Positions 1-8,728 of a stretch of DNA of 64,000 nucleotides are shown piece after piece. The notes beneath the pieces were generated by a model that did no database searches, was not told where the DNA came from, and saw only the letters and a list, made by a program, of their open reading frames with translations. Both the position numbers and the translations under genes were made by a program. The stretch's first letter is position 1. Each line of letters opens with the position of its first letter. Source of the DNA: Candidatus Eiseniibacteriota bacterium (lineage in GTDB: Bacteria; Eisenbacteria; RBG-16-71-46; CAZAMP01); NCBI GenBank assembly GCA_965224245.1, contig OZ245046.1:4768001-4832000 (forward strand), given 5' to 3'.

Positions 1-1
1 G

Positions 2-2251
2 AGTGCGGCCGAGGAGTTCGCCGCCGTGCACGAGCGTGCGACGGTGACCGCGGTCCGTGACGAGTCGGCGTTCCGCCGCGCGATGTGCCTCTACTTCGAC
101 GGCAACATGGCGGTGGCGGAGGAGCAGCTCTCGGAGCTCGTGTCGACCCAGCGCGGCACCGACGTGGGTGCGCGGTCGCAGTATCTCCTGGCCGAGCTGC
201 TCGCGAACGGCGGTCGATACGACGAGGCGATCGCCGTCTTCACCGAGCTGCTGGCCCAGCACTTCGAGCACGACCTCGCGCCGCGAGCGCAGTACCGCAT
301 CGGACGCTGCCTCGACGCCCTGGGGCGTCACGACGAGGCGACCAGCTCCTACATGGCGGTCGTGGAGGGCTACTCCCAGTCGCGCGAGGCGCCGGCCGCG
401 GCGTACCTGACCGGCGTCGGTCTCCTGGACCGGCAGCAGCCGCAAGCTGCGGTCCCGTACTTCCAGCTCCTGCTGGACCGGTACGGCGCTCGCGCCGCCG
501 AGGGCATCGCGACGCCCGAGGAGACCGAGCTGCTGGCCGCGGGGCACTATCACCTGCTGGTCGCGTTTCGGAGCTTCGGCGACCTGTCGAACGTGGCGTC
601 GGCGACGCCGCCGCCCACGGCGGATGCGGCGAGCACGTGGACGATGGCGTCACGGCTCCTGATCGCCGACGCACTCGCCTCGCAGAACCGTCTGGACGCG
701 GCGCGCGAGATGCTCGAGCCGGTGATGGACTGGTCGGGGGATTCCGGCATCGTCGTCTCCTCCGGTCGGCTACTGGCGTGGGTGCACGGCCAGCAGGGAC
801 ACGAGGAGCTGGCCGTCGAGACCGAGCAGTCGGTGCTGTCGCGCTTCGGCGAGGACCAGGTCGGAGACGAGCTGACCGCCGCGGTGATGAATCGCGGTCA
901 CATGCTCTTCAATGCCAAGAAGTACGACGACGCGGTGACCGAGTACGAGCGCGTGCTCCGGGACTATCCCGATCATCCGCTCGCCGCGCGTGCGGCGTAC
1001 CAGGCCGGTATCTGCTACATGCGACTCGATCGCGCCGGCGACGCCGTCGACCGCTGGGAGACCGTCGTGGCGGCCGATCCGACGAGCGACGTCGCGCTCG
1101 AGGCGGCCAGGCGTGCGGCGGAGGTCTACTTCCGGGCCGACGACTACGCGTCGGCGACGCGCGTCTACGACGTGCTGCTGGCGAACTTCCCGAGTCACCC
1201 GATCGCCGCGCGCGCGTACCTGGGCAAGGCGCAGTGTGCGTACAACCAGGGCGAGGACGAGACCGCGCTGAGCGGCTTCTCGGACTTCCTGACCCGCTTC
1301 CCCGGAAGCGCGTTGACCCCGGAGGCCGAGAAGGGCATCGAGATGGCGCTGTACCGTCTCGGACACGAGGCCGACGGTGTGGAGCGGCTCCAGGAGCTCG
1401 TCGAGCAGTACCCGACGAGCCGCTTCGCCGCCGACGCGCAGCTCGACATCGCGAACAAGCTCTTCGAGGCCGAGCGCTACGAGGAGGCCACCGAGGCGTA
1501 CCGGCGACTGGTCAGCCAGTTCCCGTCGCATCCCGAGACCGATCGGGCGCAGTTCTTCATGTGCGAGTCGATGATGTCCGCGGGTCGAGTCGCGGACGCC
1601 ACCGGGGGATACGAGCAGTTCCTGCAGTTCTTCCCGTCGAGTGACCTGAGGACGACCGTGCAGTTCCGTCTCGGGTCGCTGCGCTTCGAGGCCGGCGACC
1701 ACATGCGTGCCGCCGTCGACTTCACCGGTGTGCTCGGGGGCGACCCCGACGACGAGACCCGCCAGGCATCGCTGTACAACCTCGCGCTCTGCGAGCGCGT
1801 GCTCGGTCAGATCGACGGCGCGCTCGCGCACCTCGACGCGCTCAGCGCCGAGAAGCTCGTGAGCCTCGATCCAGCCGAGATCCGCTTCCAGATCGCCGAG
1901 GTTCACGCCGCGGCCGGGAACACCGAGCAGGCGATCGCGGGCTACAAGGAGGCGCTCGCGTCGAAGCCCAGCAAGGCACGTGCGGCGGAGGCGAACTTCC
2001 GCCTGGGCTTCGTGCTCGAGAGCCAGGGTCAGCGAACCGGCGCGATCGCGGCCTACGAGAAGGTCATCGGCGCCGGCTCGAACGAGTTCCGGGTGCCGGC
2101 GCTGACGCGTTGCGCCCTTCTGTACGAAGAGGAAGATGATCTCCGGAGCGCGCTTCGGGTCTACCGGGCGCTCGCGAAAGCCTCTCCCGACCCCGAGCTG
2201 GTGGCGGCTGCCGACCAGCGGGCGAAGGAGCTGGAAACCGTCGTTCAGTAG
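2..2251 (+). CDS. Large tetratricopeptide-repeat protein (BamD/CpoB-like TPR array), truncated at the window's left edge
   Basis: Frame is open from position 2. Many repeats of the type 'Y..A...Y..(L/F)...(Y/F)P.(S/H)..A..A.(Y/F)..G'. Lies directly upstream of exbB/exbD/tonB. Confidence 0.85.
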   Translation, partial: SAAEEFAAVHERATVTAVRDESAFRRAMCLYFDGNMAVAEEQLSELVSTQRGTDVGARSQYLLAELLANGGRYDEAIAVFTELLAQHFEHDLAPRAQYRIGRCLDALGRHDEATSSYMAVVEGYSQSREAPAAAYLTGVGLLDRQQPQAAVPYFQLLLDRYGARAAEGIATPEETELLAAGHYHLLVAFRSFGDLSNVASATPPPTADAASTWTMASRLLIADALASQNRLDAAREMLEPVMDWSGDSGIVVSSGRLLAWVHGQQGHEELAVETEQSVLSRFGEDQVGDELTAAVMNRGHMLFNAKKYDDAVTEYERVLRDYPDHPLAARAAYQAGICYMRLDRAGDAVDRWETVVAADPTSDVALEAARRAAEVYFRADDYASATRVYDVLLANFPSHPIAARAYLGKAQCAYNQGEDETALSGFSDFLTRFPGSALTPEAEKGIEMALYRLGHEADGVERLQELVEQYPTSRFAADAQLDIANKLFEAERYEEATEAYRRLVSQFPSHPETDRAQFFMCESMMSAGRVADATGGYEQFLQFFPSSDLRTTVQFRLGSLRFEAGDHMRAAVDFTGVLGGDPDDETRQASLYNLALCERVLGQIDGALAHLDALSAEKLVSLDPAEIRFQIAEVHAAAGNTEQAIAGYKEALASKPSKARAAEANFRLGFVLESQGQRTGAIAAYEKVIGAGSNEFRVPALTRCALLYEEEDDLRSALRVYRALAKASPDPELVAAADQRAKELETVVQ

Positions 2252-2272
2252 CACCACTTTTCAGGGAGCACT

Positions 2273-2959
2273 GTGATGTTTGCTCAGCTCGACTGGGGCG
2301 CGGCCCTCTTCGGCAGTCCCATTCTGATGGCCCTCGTGGTGTTCAGCGTCGTGGCCATGTCGGCGACGCTCGAGCGCCTCGCCTACTACCTCCGGCGCCG
2401 AGGAGACGTCGATCGGATGGTGGCGTCGGTTCTCGAATGCCTTCGTGACCGTGACGTCAAGGCGGCCGCGCGGGTGTGTGCCGGCGCGTCTCATCCCTTC
2501 GGTGCGGTCACCAAGCGCCTCCTCGAGGAGAGCGGCTCGCCGGACCAGGACGAGGAGACGATTCTGATCGCGCTGAGCGAGGAGAAGCTCCTGCTCGAGC
2601 GCAACCTGGGCACGCTCGGGTCGATCGCCGCGATCGCCCCCCTGGTGGGGCTCCTCGGGACCGTGTGGGGGATCATGCGGGCGTTCTTCGACATGTCGAC
2701 GAGCGGCTCCGCGGCGCCCGCCGTCGTGGCCGGCGGCGTGGCCGAGGCCCTCACGACGACGGCAGCCGGTCTCATCATCGCCGTGCCGGCGGTGCTCGTG
2801 TACAACCACTTCACGCGTCGCATGAACGTCATGTTGACGACAGCTGAGAACGGCGTTCGACGCGTTCGCAGTGAACTGCGCGACGGCAGCGCCGTGTCAC
2901 ACGGCGGCGCCGTGTCGTCCGCGTCGTCGTCGGGCTCCGTCCGCGCGAAGGTCGCGTAG
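2273..2959 (+). CDS. exbB: MotA/TolQ/ExbB proton channel family protein
   Basis: Motifs 'LGSIAAIAPLVGLLGTVWGIMRAF' and 'VAGGVAEALTTTAAGLIIAVPA'; three hydrophobic segments. Confidence 0.92.
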   Translation: MMFAQLDWGAALFGSPILMALVVFSVVAMSATLERLAYYLRRRGDVDRMVASVLECLRDRDVKAAARVCAGASHPFGAVTKRLLEESGSPDQDEETILIALSEEKLLLERNLGTLGSIAAIAPLVGLLGTVWGIMRAFFDMSTSGSAAPAVVAGGVAEALTTTAAGLIIAVPAVLVYNHFTRRMNVMLTTAENGVRRVRSELRDGSAVSHGGAVSSASSSGSVRAKVA

Positions 2960-2969
2960 AGGTCGAACC

Positions 2970-3377
2970 ATGTTCCAGCACCGACAGCGCTTCTCGAGCG
3001 GAACCCACGACATCAACATCACGCCGCTGATCGACGTGTCGCTCACGCTCGTCGTCATCCTTCTCCTGGCCGCGCCGCTCGCGTTCGAGTCGAGCATCGC
3101 GGTGCGGGCGGGCGCCGCGCAGGGACGCGTGGCACCGAGCGAGACCGACATGGCCACGATCGAGGTCACGATCCTGTCCAACGACGAGGTTCGTGTGAAC
3201 CGTGACGTCGTGGCGTTCGGGGACCTGGCGTCCGTCCTCTCCCCGATGCTCGCCGACCCGGCACACGGTCGCGTGCTCGTGGACGCACGCGAGGGGGTCA
3301 CACACGGGAGGTTCGTGACCGTCCTCGACGAGGCGAGGCAGTGCGGGGCCACCGACATCGCGGTCACGGGGAGGTGA
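2970..3377 (+). CDS. exbD: ExbD/TolR biopolymer transport protein (copy 1, conserved TM Asp present)
   Basis: 'DINITPLIDVSLTLVVILLL' and C-terminal 'VTHGRFVTVLDEARQCG'. ATG at 2970 follows GAGG. Confidence 0.9.
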   Translation: MFQHRQRFSSGTHDINITPLIDVSLTLVVILLLAAPLAFESSIAVRAGAAQGRVAPSETDMATIEVTILSNDEVRVNRDVVAFGDLASVLSPMLADPAHGRVLVDAREGVTHGRFVTVLDEARQCGATDIAVTGR

Positions 3378-3378
3378 C

Positions 3379-3804
3379 ATGCGCCGTTCGTTCGTAGAGT
3401 CGAACGTGGAGGTCGCTCGCATCGACGTGACGCCCGTGATCGGCGTCGCGCTGGTGCTGGTGCTGATCCTCCTGATCACCGCACCGCTGTTCCCGGTCGT
3501 CGACCTGGGGATCACACCGCCCGAGGCGCGTACGCGCGGTACCGAGGATGCTCGGCGCGTCACGGTGACGATGGGCGTGGACGGGGCTCTGGCCGTGGAC
3601 GATCGCATCGTTCGTGTCGACCGCTTCGAAGAGGAGGTCGCCCGGGCATTGCGATTGCAGTCGGACGGTGATGCCCGGCCGCTCGTGATCATCCGTGCCG
3701 ATACGGCCTCGGACCACGAAGTCGTGCAGGGCGTGCTCCGTCGAGTGAAGGCCGCCGGCGCCGAGCGCGTCGCGATCGGGACACTGCAGAGGACGTCGTC
3801 ATGA
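3379..3804 (+). CDS. exbD: ExbD/TolR biopolymer transport protein (copy 2, TM Asp replaced by Gly)
   Basis: 'IDVTPVIGVALVLVLILLITAP' and 'VIIRADTASDHEVVQGVLRRVKAAGAERVAI'. GGAGG RBS upstream. Confidence 0.88.
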   Translation: MRRSFVESNVEVARIDVTPVIGVALVLVLILLITAPLFPVVDLGITPPEARTRGTEDARRVTVTMGVDGALAVDDRIVRVDRFEEEVARALRLQSDGDARPLVIIRADTASDHEVVQGVLRRVKAAGAERVAIGTLQRTSS

Positions 3805-4760
3805 GTATGCCACGACTCGACGTGTCCGACGATCGGACGCGCCATCGCCGCGCGCTGCTCGGCAGCGCGTTCTTCCACGCGTGCTTCGTGGCGGCACTCC
3901 TGTTGCAGGAGCCGGCGCCCGCCGCTGAGGTGCTGACCGAGATCACGATGCTCGACATGCCGCCGGCGACGGCGCCGCCGCCGCCGCCGCCGACTCCGCT
4001 CCAGGTCGCGCCGGAGCCCGAGAAGCCGACTCCGGTCACCGCGACGAAGCCCACGCCGGAGGCGCCCGAGGCCTTCGCACGGGAGACGCACGAGGCGCCG
4101 GTGGCGCCGCGGCCGCAGTCCGTGGAGAAGATCCGTGACGACGTGCGATCGCGACTCCTGTCCTCGGCGGTCCCGACGTCGTCGGCGCGGACGTCGCTGC
4201 AGTCCTCGGCGTCGTCGGTGCCGACCCGCACGTCGAGCGCCCCGGCGGGCATCTCGTCGCCGACCGCCAGCCAGTCGTCGGTCTCGCTCTCGCGTGGAGC
4301 GCCCGTGACCGGCGACCGACCCATCTCGCTGTCGCGCGGCACCCAGCCGGGCGCCCCGTCGACCGCCATGGCGCAGATCGAGCGGAGCGTCACCCCCGAC
4401 ACCGGCGGTGGGATGAACCTGGCCGCCACGGCGGACTCGACCAACGTACTTCGCCTGGCCGGCGCGGAGCTGATGGGACCCGTCGCGGATCGCGCGCTCC
4501 TGGAGCATCCCTCGCCCACGTACCCGGAGTGGGCGAAGCGGGAGGCCGTCGAGGGAGCGGTGAACCTGTACTTCGTCGTGCTCTCGGACGGACGCGTCAA
4601 GTCCAACGTGCTGGTGCAAAAGACGTCGGGTTATCCCGACTTCGACGAGAACGCGATCGCCGCTCTCAGGAGCTGGCGATTCCAGTCACTACCGACCGGA
4701 GCGAGCGGTGACCAGTGGGGTACCGTCACCTTCGAGTATCGCCTCGCGGGGCTCGACTGA
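3801..4760 (+). CDS. tonB: TonB/TolA-like energy transducer
   Basis: N-terminal TM with S-x3-H ('GSAFFH'), Pro/Ser-rich linker, TonB C-terminal domain 'PTYPEWAKREAVEGAVNLYFVVLSDGRV...SGYPDFDENAIAALRSWRF'. Overlaps the upstream stop (ATGA). Confidence 0.9.
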   Translation: MSMPRLDVSDDRTRHRRALLGSAFFHACFVAALLLQEPAPAAEVLTEITMLDMPPATAPPPPPPTPLQVAPEPEKPTPVTATKPTPEAPEAFARETHEAPVAPRPQSVEKIRDDVRSRLLSSAVPTSSARTSLQSSASSVPTRTSSAPAGISSPTASQSSVSLSRGAPVTGDRPISLSRGTQPGAPSTAMAQIERSVTPDTGGGMNLAATADSTNVLRLAGAELMGPVADRALLEHPSPTYPEWAKREAVEGAVNLYFVVLSDGRVKSNVLVQKTSGYPDFDENAIAALRSWRFQSLPTGASGDQWGTVTFEYRLAGLD

Positions 4761-4786
4761 GCCCCGCCAGCCCGGAGAGGATTCTC

Positions 4787-5764
4787 ATGACGACGCAACG
4801 ACGTCTCGCCCTCGTCACCGCGGCCCTGAGCACGGGATTGCTCGCGAGTGGTGCCGCACGCGCGGGGGACCCGTCGACGTCCACGCCCGACGCGGACGGA
4901 TCGGACTCGGAACACGTTCTTCCGGCCGGACAGGACGGCACCGATCTCGGGTCGTTCACGGTCGAGGGTGAGGACCGCATCCGCATCGAGTTCGAGCGAC
5001 CGAGTCTGGATCTCACGATCGACCCGCGATCGGTGGGGGGTCTCGACTGGAGCGATCCCAACGAGATTCTGGAGCGGAAGCGCTTCGATACCACGACGCC
5101 GTTCCTTCGCGCGGAGACCCGATGGCTCCCGACGACGCCGGCACGTCCGTGGGCACGATCGCTGGTTTACGGCGACATCGTGACGCTGCGGCCGAAGGTC
5201 GACGACGTGGCCACCTGGCGGCTGACCATCTCGGACCCGACCGGCGCCGAGGTCTGGCGCGTGGGCGGCGAGGGCAAGGCGCCGCGCGAGATCACCTGGG
5301 ACGGCATGACCATGAGCGGCCGGGCGGCGTTGCCGGGACAGACCTACGTTCACGCCATCGACGTCGTGGACAAGGCGGGCAACAAGCGCCGCTTCAACGG
5401 GTCGGGCTTCGTGATGCCGGCGTTCGCGGTGACCGCCGGAGACAGCCTCCGGCTCGCGGTCGCCGGGGAGCCGGACGGGTCCGGACGCCTGGGCGCGCTG
5501 GCGATCGTGGAGATCGCGGACTGGATCAACCAGCATGCGGCGCCGAGCTCGGAGATCCGTCTCTCGGCGCTGGCCCGCACGTACGGGGAGGCCGAGTCGA
5601 TGAGCGGCGCCGCGCAGGGCGCGCTCGTGGGGCTCGTGGCCGGGGATCCCATTCGCATGCGGACCATCGCCCGCGTGGATCCCGCCGCCCCGCAGAACGG
5701 AGTGCTGACGGTGCAGTTCCACGTGGGCTCGACACCGCCGGAGCCGCCAGACGGAAAGCGGTGA
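4787..5764 (+). CDS. Exported hypothetical protein with a FlgD-like Ig domain and a possibly degenerate OmpA-like C-terminus
   Basis: Signal peptide 'MTTQRRLALVTAALSTGLLASGAARA'; 'WRLTISDPTGAEVWR...ITWDGMTMSG...GQTYVHAIDVVDKAGN' matches the FlgD-Ig pattern. GGAGAGG RBS. Confidence 0.6.
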   Translation: MTTQRRLALVTAALSTGLLASGAARAGDPSTSTPDADGSDSEHVLPAGQDGTDLGSFTVEGEDRIRIEFERPSLDLTIDPRSVGGLDWSDPNEILERKRFDTTTPFLRAETRWLPTTPARPWARSLVYGDIVTLRPKVDDVATWRLTISDPTGAEVWRVGGEGKAPREITWDGMTMSGRAALPGQTYVHAIDVVDKAGNKRRFNGSGFVMPAFAVTAGDSLRLAVAGEPDGSGRLGALAIVEIADWINQHAAPSSEIRLSALARTYGEAESMSGAAQGALVGLVAGDPIRMRTIARVDPAAPQNGVLTVQFHVGSTPPEPPDGKR

Positions 5765-5934
5765 TCGCTCCCGCCGGAGCGCCGGCCTCGCCGCCGGTGC
5801 TCCGGCCACCCCGCCCGTTCGATCGAACCCGAGACCCCTCGCGAGGACCCCGGACCCGGACCTCGCCGCTCCCTCCCCTCGCCTCCCCTCGCCTCTGCTC
5901 GCCTCTCCTCGTCGCCTTACCACATGAAGACAAA

Positions 5935-5985
5935 TTAACTTGACTTTTTGTCAGGGCCACCGTACTTTCACGTGTGTCAAGTTAA
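5935..5985 (+). promoter_or_regulatory. Sigma-70-type promoter with overlapping inverted-repeat operator (probably bound by the XRE regulator)
   Basis: TTGACT (5940-5945), 17-bp spacer, TACTTT (5963-5968). Perfect 10-bp inverted repeat TTAACTTGAC (5935-5944) / GTCAAGTTAA (5976-5985). Nested TGAC-N5-GTCA (5941-5953). Confidence 0.7.
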
Positions 5986-6012
5986 CCATACCAAATGGAA
6001 AGGACACCAGAC

Positions 6013-6447
6013 GTGACAGACTCCGGCCCGGCCCACGGCACGCCCTGGGCGCGATGTGACGTGACCCCGAGGGATCGTCGCAACAACATGCGGATGCTCA
6101 CGATGCTGCTGGCGTGGGCGGTGCTCTTCCTCGGCGCCACGTGGCTCGTGGAGAGCGATCGGATCGCCGCGGCCCCGCTCCGGTGGGCGCTCGCCGCAGT
6201 GCCCGCGATCGCCGGCCTCGCGGCACTGATGGCCTTCGCCCGCCTGATCCGGGAGGCCGACGAGCTCCAGCGCATGATCCAGCTGCAGGCGCTCGCGGTG
6301 GGCTTCGGCGGCACGTGGTTCGTGCTGACGGCCTACGGACTCTTCGAGCGAGTCGGCGCACCGCCGATCGACGCCTCGGACTACACGGTGGCCATGTCGG
6401 TCTTCTACGTGATCGGGATCCTGGTCGGGCGGAGGCGCTACCGGTGA
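6013..6447 (+). CDS. Small four-TM membrane protein of the type found beside XRE regulators
   Basis: Four hydrophobic segments and 'DELQRMIQLQA'. GTG at 6013 follows AAGGA; an alternative start is at 5995. Confidence 0.7.
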   Translation: MTDSGPAHGTPWARCDVTPRDRRNNMRMLTMLLAWAVLFLGATWLVESDRIAAAPLRWALAAVPAIAGLAALMAFARLIREADELQRMIQLQALAVGFGGTWFVLTAYGLFERVGAPPIDASDYTVAMSVFYVIGILVGRRRYR

Positions 6448-6647
6448 AGAACCGACTGAAGGTCCTGCGCGCCGAGCGCGACTGGACCCAGGCCCGGCTG
6501 GCGCACGAGCTCGAGGTATCGCGACAGACCGTCAACGCGATCGAGACCGGCAAGTTCGACCCGAGCCTGCCGCTCGCGTTTCGCATCGCCCGCCTGTTCG
6601 ACATGTCGATCGAGGCGATCTTCCAACCGGAGGACTCGAGCCGATGA
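6444..6647 (+). CDS. XRE-family helix-turn-helix transcriptional regulator
   Basis: 'MKNRLKVLRAERDWTQARLAHELEVSRQTVNAIETGKFDPSLPLAFRIARLF' is a classic HTH_3. GTGA overlap with the upstream gene. Confidence 0.93.
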   Translation: MKNRLKVLRAERDWTQARLAHELEVSRQTVNAIETGKFDPSLPLAFRIARLFDMSIEAIFQPEDSSR

Positions 6648-8410
6648 CGCCGTTCATCACCCGTCTGGTCGTCGCGTGCGCCTTCGTGCCGCTCGTGCTC
6701 GCGCCCGTTCACGCCGACGTCGACCCCGCTGGAGACTGGTACGGCGTGATTCACGCGCCGATGGGAGACCTCACGCTGATCCTCACGATCACCGACGGCG
6801 AGAACGGCGCGCCGGCGGCCGTGCTCGAGAGCGTGGACCAGGCGCCGGGCACGAAGATCCCGATCACGAGCATCGATGTCACGGAGGCTCGCCTGACGTT
6901 CACCCTCGATGCGCTCGGCGCCCGGTACGACGGCGACTGGGACGCCGCGGAGCAGCAGTGGGTCGGTCTGTGGAAGCAGGGAGTGGAGCTGCCCCTCGCG
7001 TTCTCGCGGGAGGCGTCCGCGAGGGCCGTCGTCGAGGGGCTGGACGGCACGTGGGAGGGCACGATCACCCGAAATGGGGTCGCCCTTCGACTCGTCCTTC
7101 GGGTGTCCACCAACGAGCGCGGCACCGTCGCCACGCTGGACTCTCCGGATCTCGGCGCGATGGCGCTGCCGGTTTCGGGATTCACCCGGGCCGAGGGCGC
7201 CGTCCGGTTCGACGTACCGGCCAGCGGTGCGCGCTTCGATGGCACCCTGATCTCCGGTGGAGGAGAGGCTCGCGTTTCGGGGCGGTGGACGCGTCCCGGC
7301 CGCCCGGAGGCGGTGGTCACCTTCGTCAGGACCCGCGAATCGGCCGAGCGCGAGGTGCCCGAGCGGCCCCAGATGCCGACCGAGCCGCTCGCGTACGTCG
7401 CCGAGGACGTGACGTTCGACAACCCCGAGGCCGACGGCGTCACGCTCGCCGGTACACTGACGTTGCCGCCGGGGCGGGAGCCGTTCCCGGCCGCGATCCT
7501 GATCTCCGGGTCGGGACCGCAGGACCGAGACGAGACGGTCTTCTCGCACAAGCCGTTCGCCGTGCTCGCCGATCATCTGACGCGGCGGGGCATCGCGGTC
7601 CTCCGCTACGACGATCGCGGGTTCGGCGAGTCCACCGGGGATCATGCGTCGGCGACGTCGGCCGACTTCGCCACCGACACGCGCGCGGCCGTACGGTACC
7701 TCCTCACGCGACCCGAGATCGATCCGGGCGCCATCGGGCTCGTCGGGCACAGCGAGGGCGGCATGATCGGCCCCATCGCCGCCGTGGACGACGACGAGGT
7801 CGACGTCGACTTTCTCGTGCTTCTCGCCGGCCCCGGCACGAGCACGATCGAACTGATGCGCTCGCAGACCCGACTCGTCGGGCGCTCGCAGGGCGTATCG
7901 GAGGCGGAGCTGGCCGCCGCGGACGTGCTGCTCGAGCGCCTCTTCACCGCCGCGGCCACCGCATCCGACACCGAAGACGCGCGACGCCGCCTCGACACCG
8001 TCCTGTCGGCCGCGTCTCCGGATGCGCTCGACGCGCTCGCGGCGCTGGGCATGTCCCGTGAGGGGATCCCCGGCATCTACTCGCGCGACTGGTTCCGTTA
8101 CTTCATCCGTTACGACCCGAGCGTGTTTCTGTCCCGCATCGACGTGCCGGTGCTGGCGCTGAACGGCTCGCTGGACGTGCAGGTGCCGGCGGACGAGAAC
8201 CTGGCCGCGATCGCCCGAGCGCTCGCGCACGGTCGCGACGTCACCGTTCGAGAGCTGGACGGGCTCAATCATCTGTTCCAGCGCGCGACGACGGGTGCGA
8301 TCGGAGAGTACGCGGACATCGCCGAGACGTTCGCGCCGGTGGCGATGACGATCGTGTCGGACTGGATTCTCACGCGGTTCGGCCCGATCGTCCACGCCGA
8401 AGGACCATGA
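6644..8410 (+). CDS. Exported alpha/beta hydrolase (S9/S15-like) with two N-terminal beta-rich repeat domains
   Basis: Signal peptide; 'ISGSGPQDRDE', nucleophile 'GHSEGG', 'NGSLDVQV', 'GLNHLFQ'. Duplicated N-terminal 'G.W.G.I...L.L.L......A.L.SPD' modules. Confidence 0.88.
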   Translation: MTPFITRLVVACAFVPLVLAPVHADVDPAGDWYGVIHAPMGDLTLILTITDGENGAPAAVLESVDQAPGTKIPITSIDVTEARLTFTLDALGARYDGDWDAAEQQWVGLWKQGVELPLAFSREASARAVVEGLDGTWEGTITRNGVALRLVLRVSTNERGTVATLDSPDLGAMALPVSGFTRAEGAVRFDVPASGARFDGTLISGGGEARVSGRWTRPGRPEAVVTFVRTRESAEREVPERPQMPTEPLAYVAEDVTFDNPEADGVTLAGTLTLPPGREPFPAAILISGSGPQDRDETVFSHKPFAVLADHLTRRGIAVLRYDDRGFGESTGDHASATSADFATDTRAAVRYLLTRPEIDPGAIGLVGHSEGGMIGPIAAVDDDEVDVDFLVLLAGPGTSTIELMRSQTRLVGRSQGVSEAELAAADVLLERLFTAAATASDTEDARRRLDTVLSAASPDALDALAALGMSREGIPGIYSRDWFRYFIRYDPSVFLSRIDVPVLALNGSLDVQVPADENLAAIARALAHGRDVTVRELDGLNHLFQRATTGAIGEYADIAETFAPVAMTIVSDWILTRFGPIVHAEGP

Positions 8411-8728
8411 CGGACGCACGGATCGCACCGCGTTCCGGGCGGCCCCTGCCTCGCGCGTGCGTTCCGGGAGCGGTGAGCGGGCCGGTCCGGCGCTCGGCGG
8501 TCTTGCTTCCGCGTGATGCTCCCATCCACTACGCTGCGATCGTGCTCGTGTCGGACCGCGTGTCGAATGCGTCCGAGATCCACGATCCAGACCGACCCAC
8601 GTCGTCACAACCAGTGAGTCTCACGCCATGAGAGTGAGCATCACGTATCGGGTACCACCCCAGTCACGAGTCCGGCGCGGACCGGTCCGCGCAGCCCCAC
8701 GCCACGTGCCGCTCCCGGGCCTCGGGGC

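Noticed and set aside
5860-5915. Degenerate C/T-rich 10-mer repeats (GCCTCCCCTC-like)
   Set aside because: Low-complexity intergenic sequence without unique spacers or clear structure.
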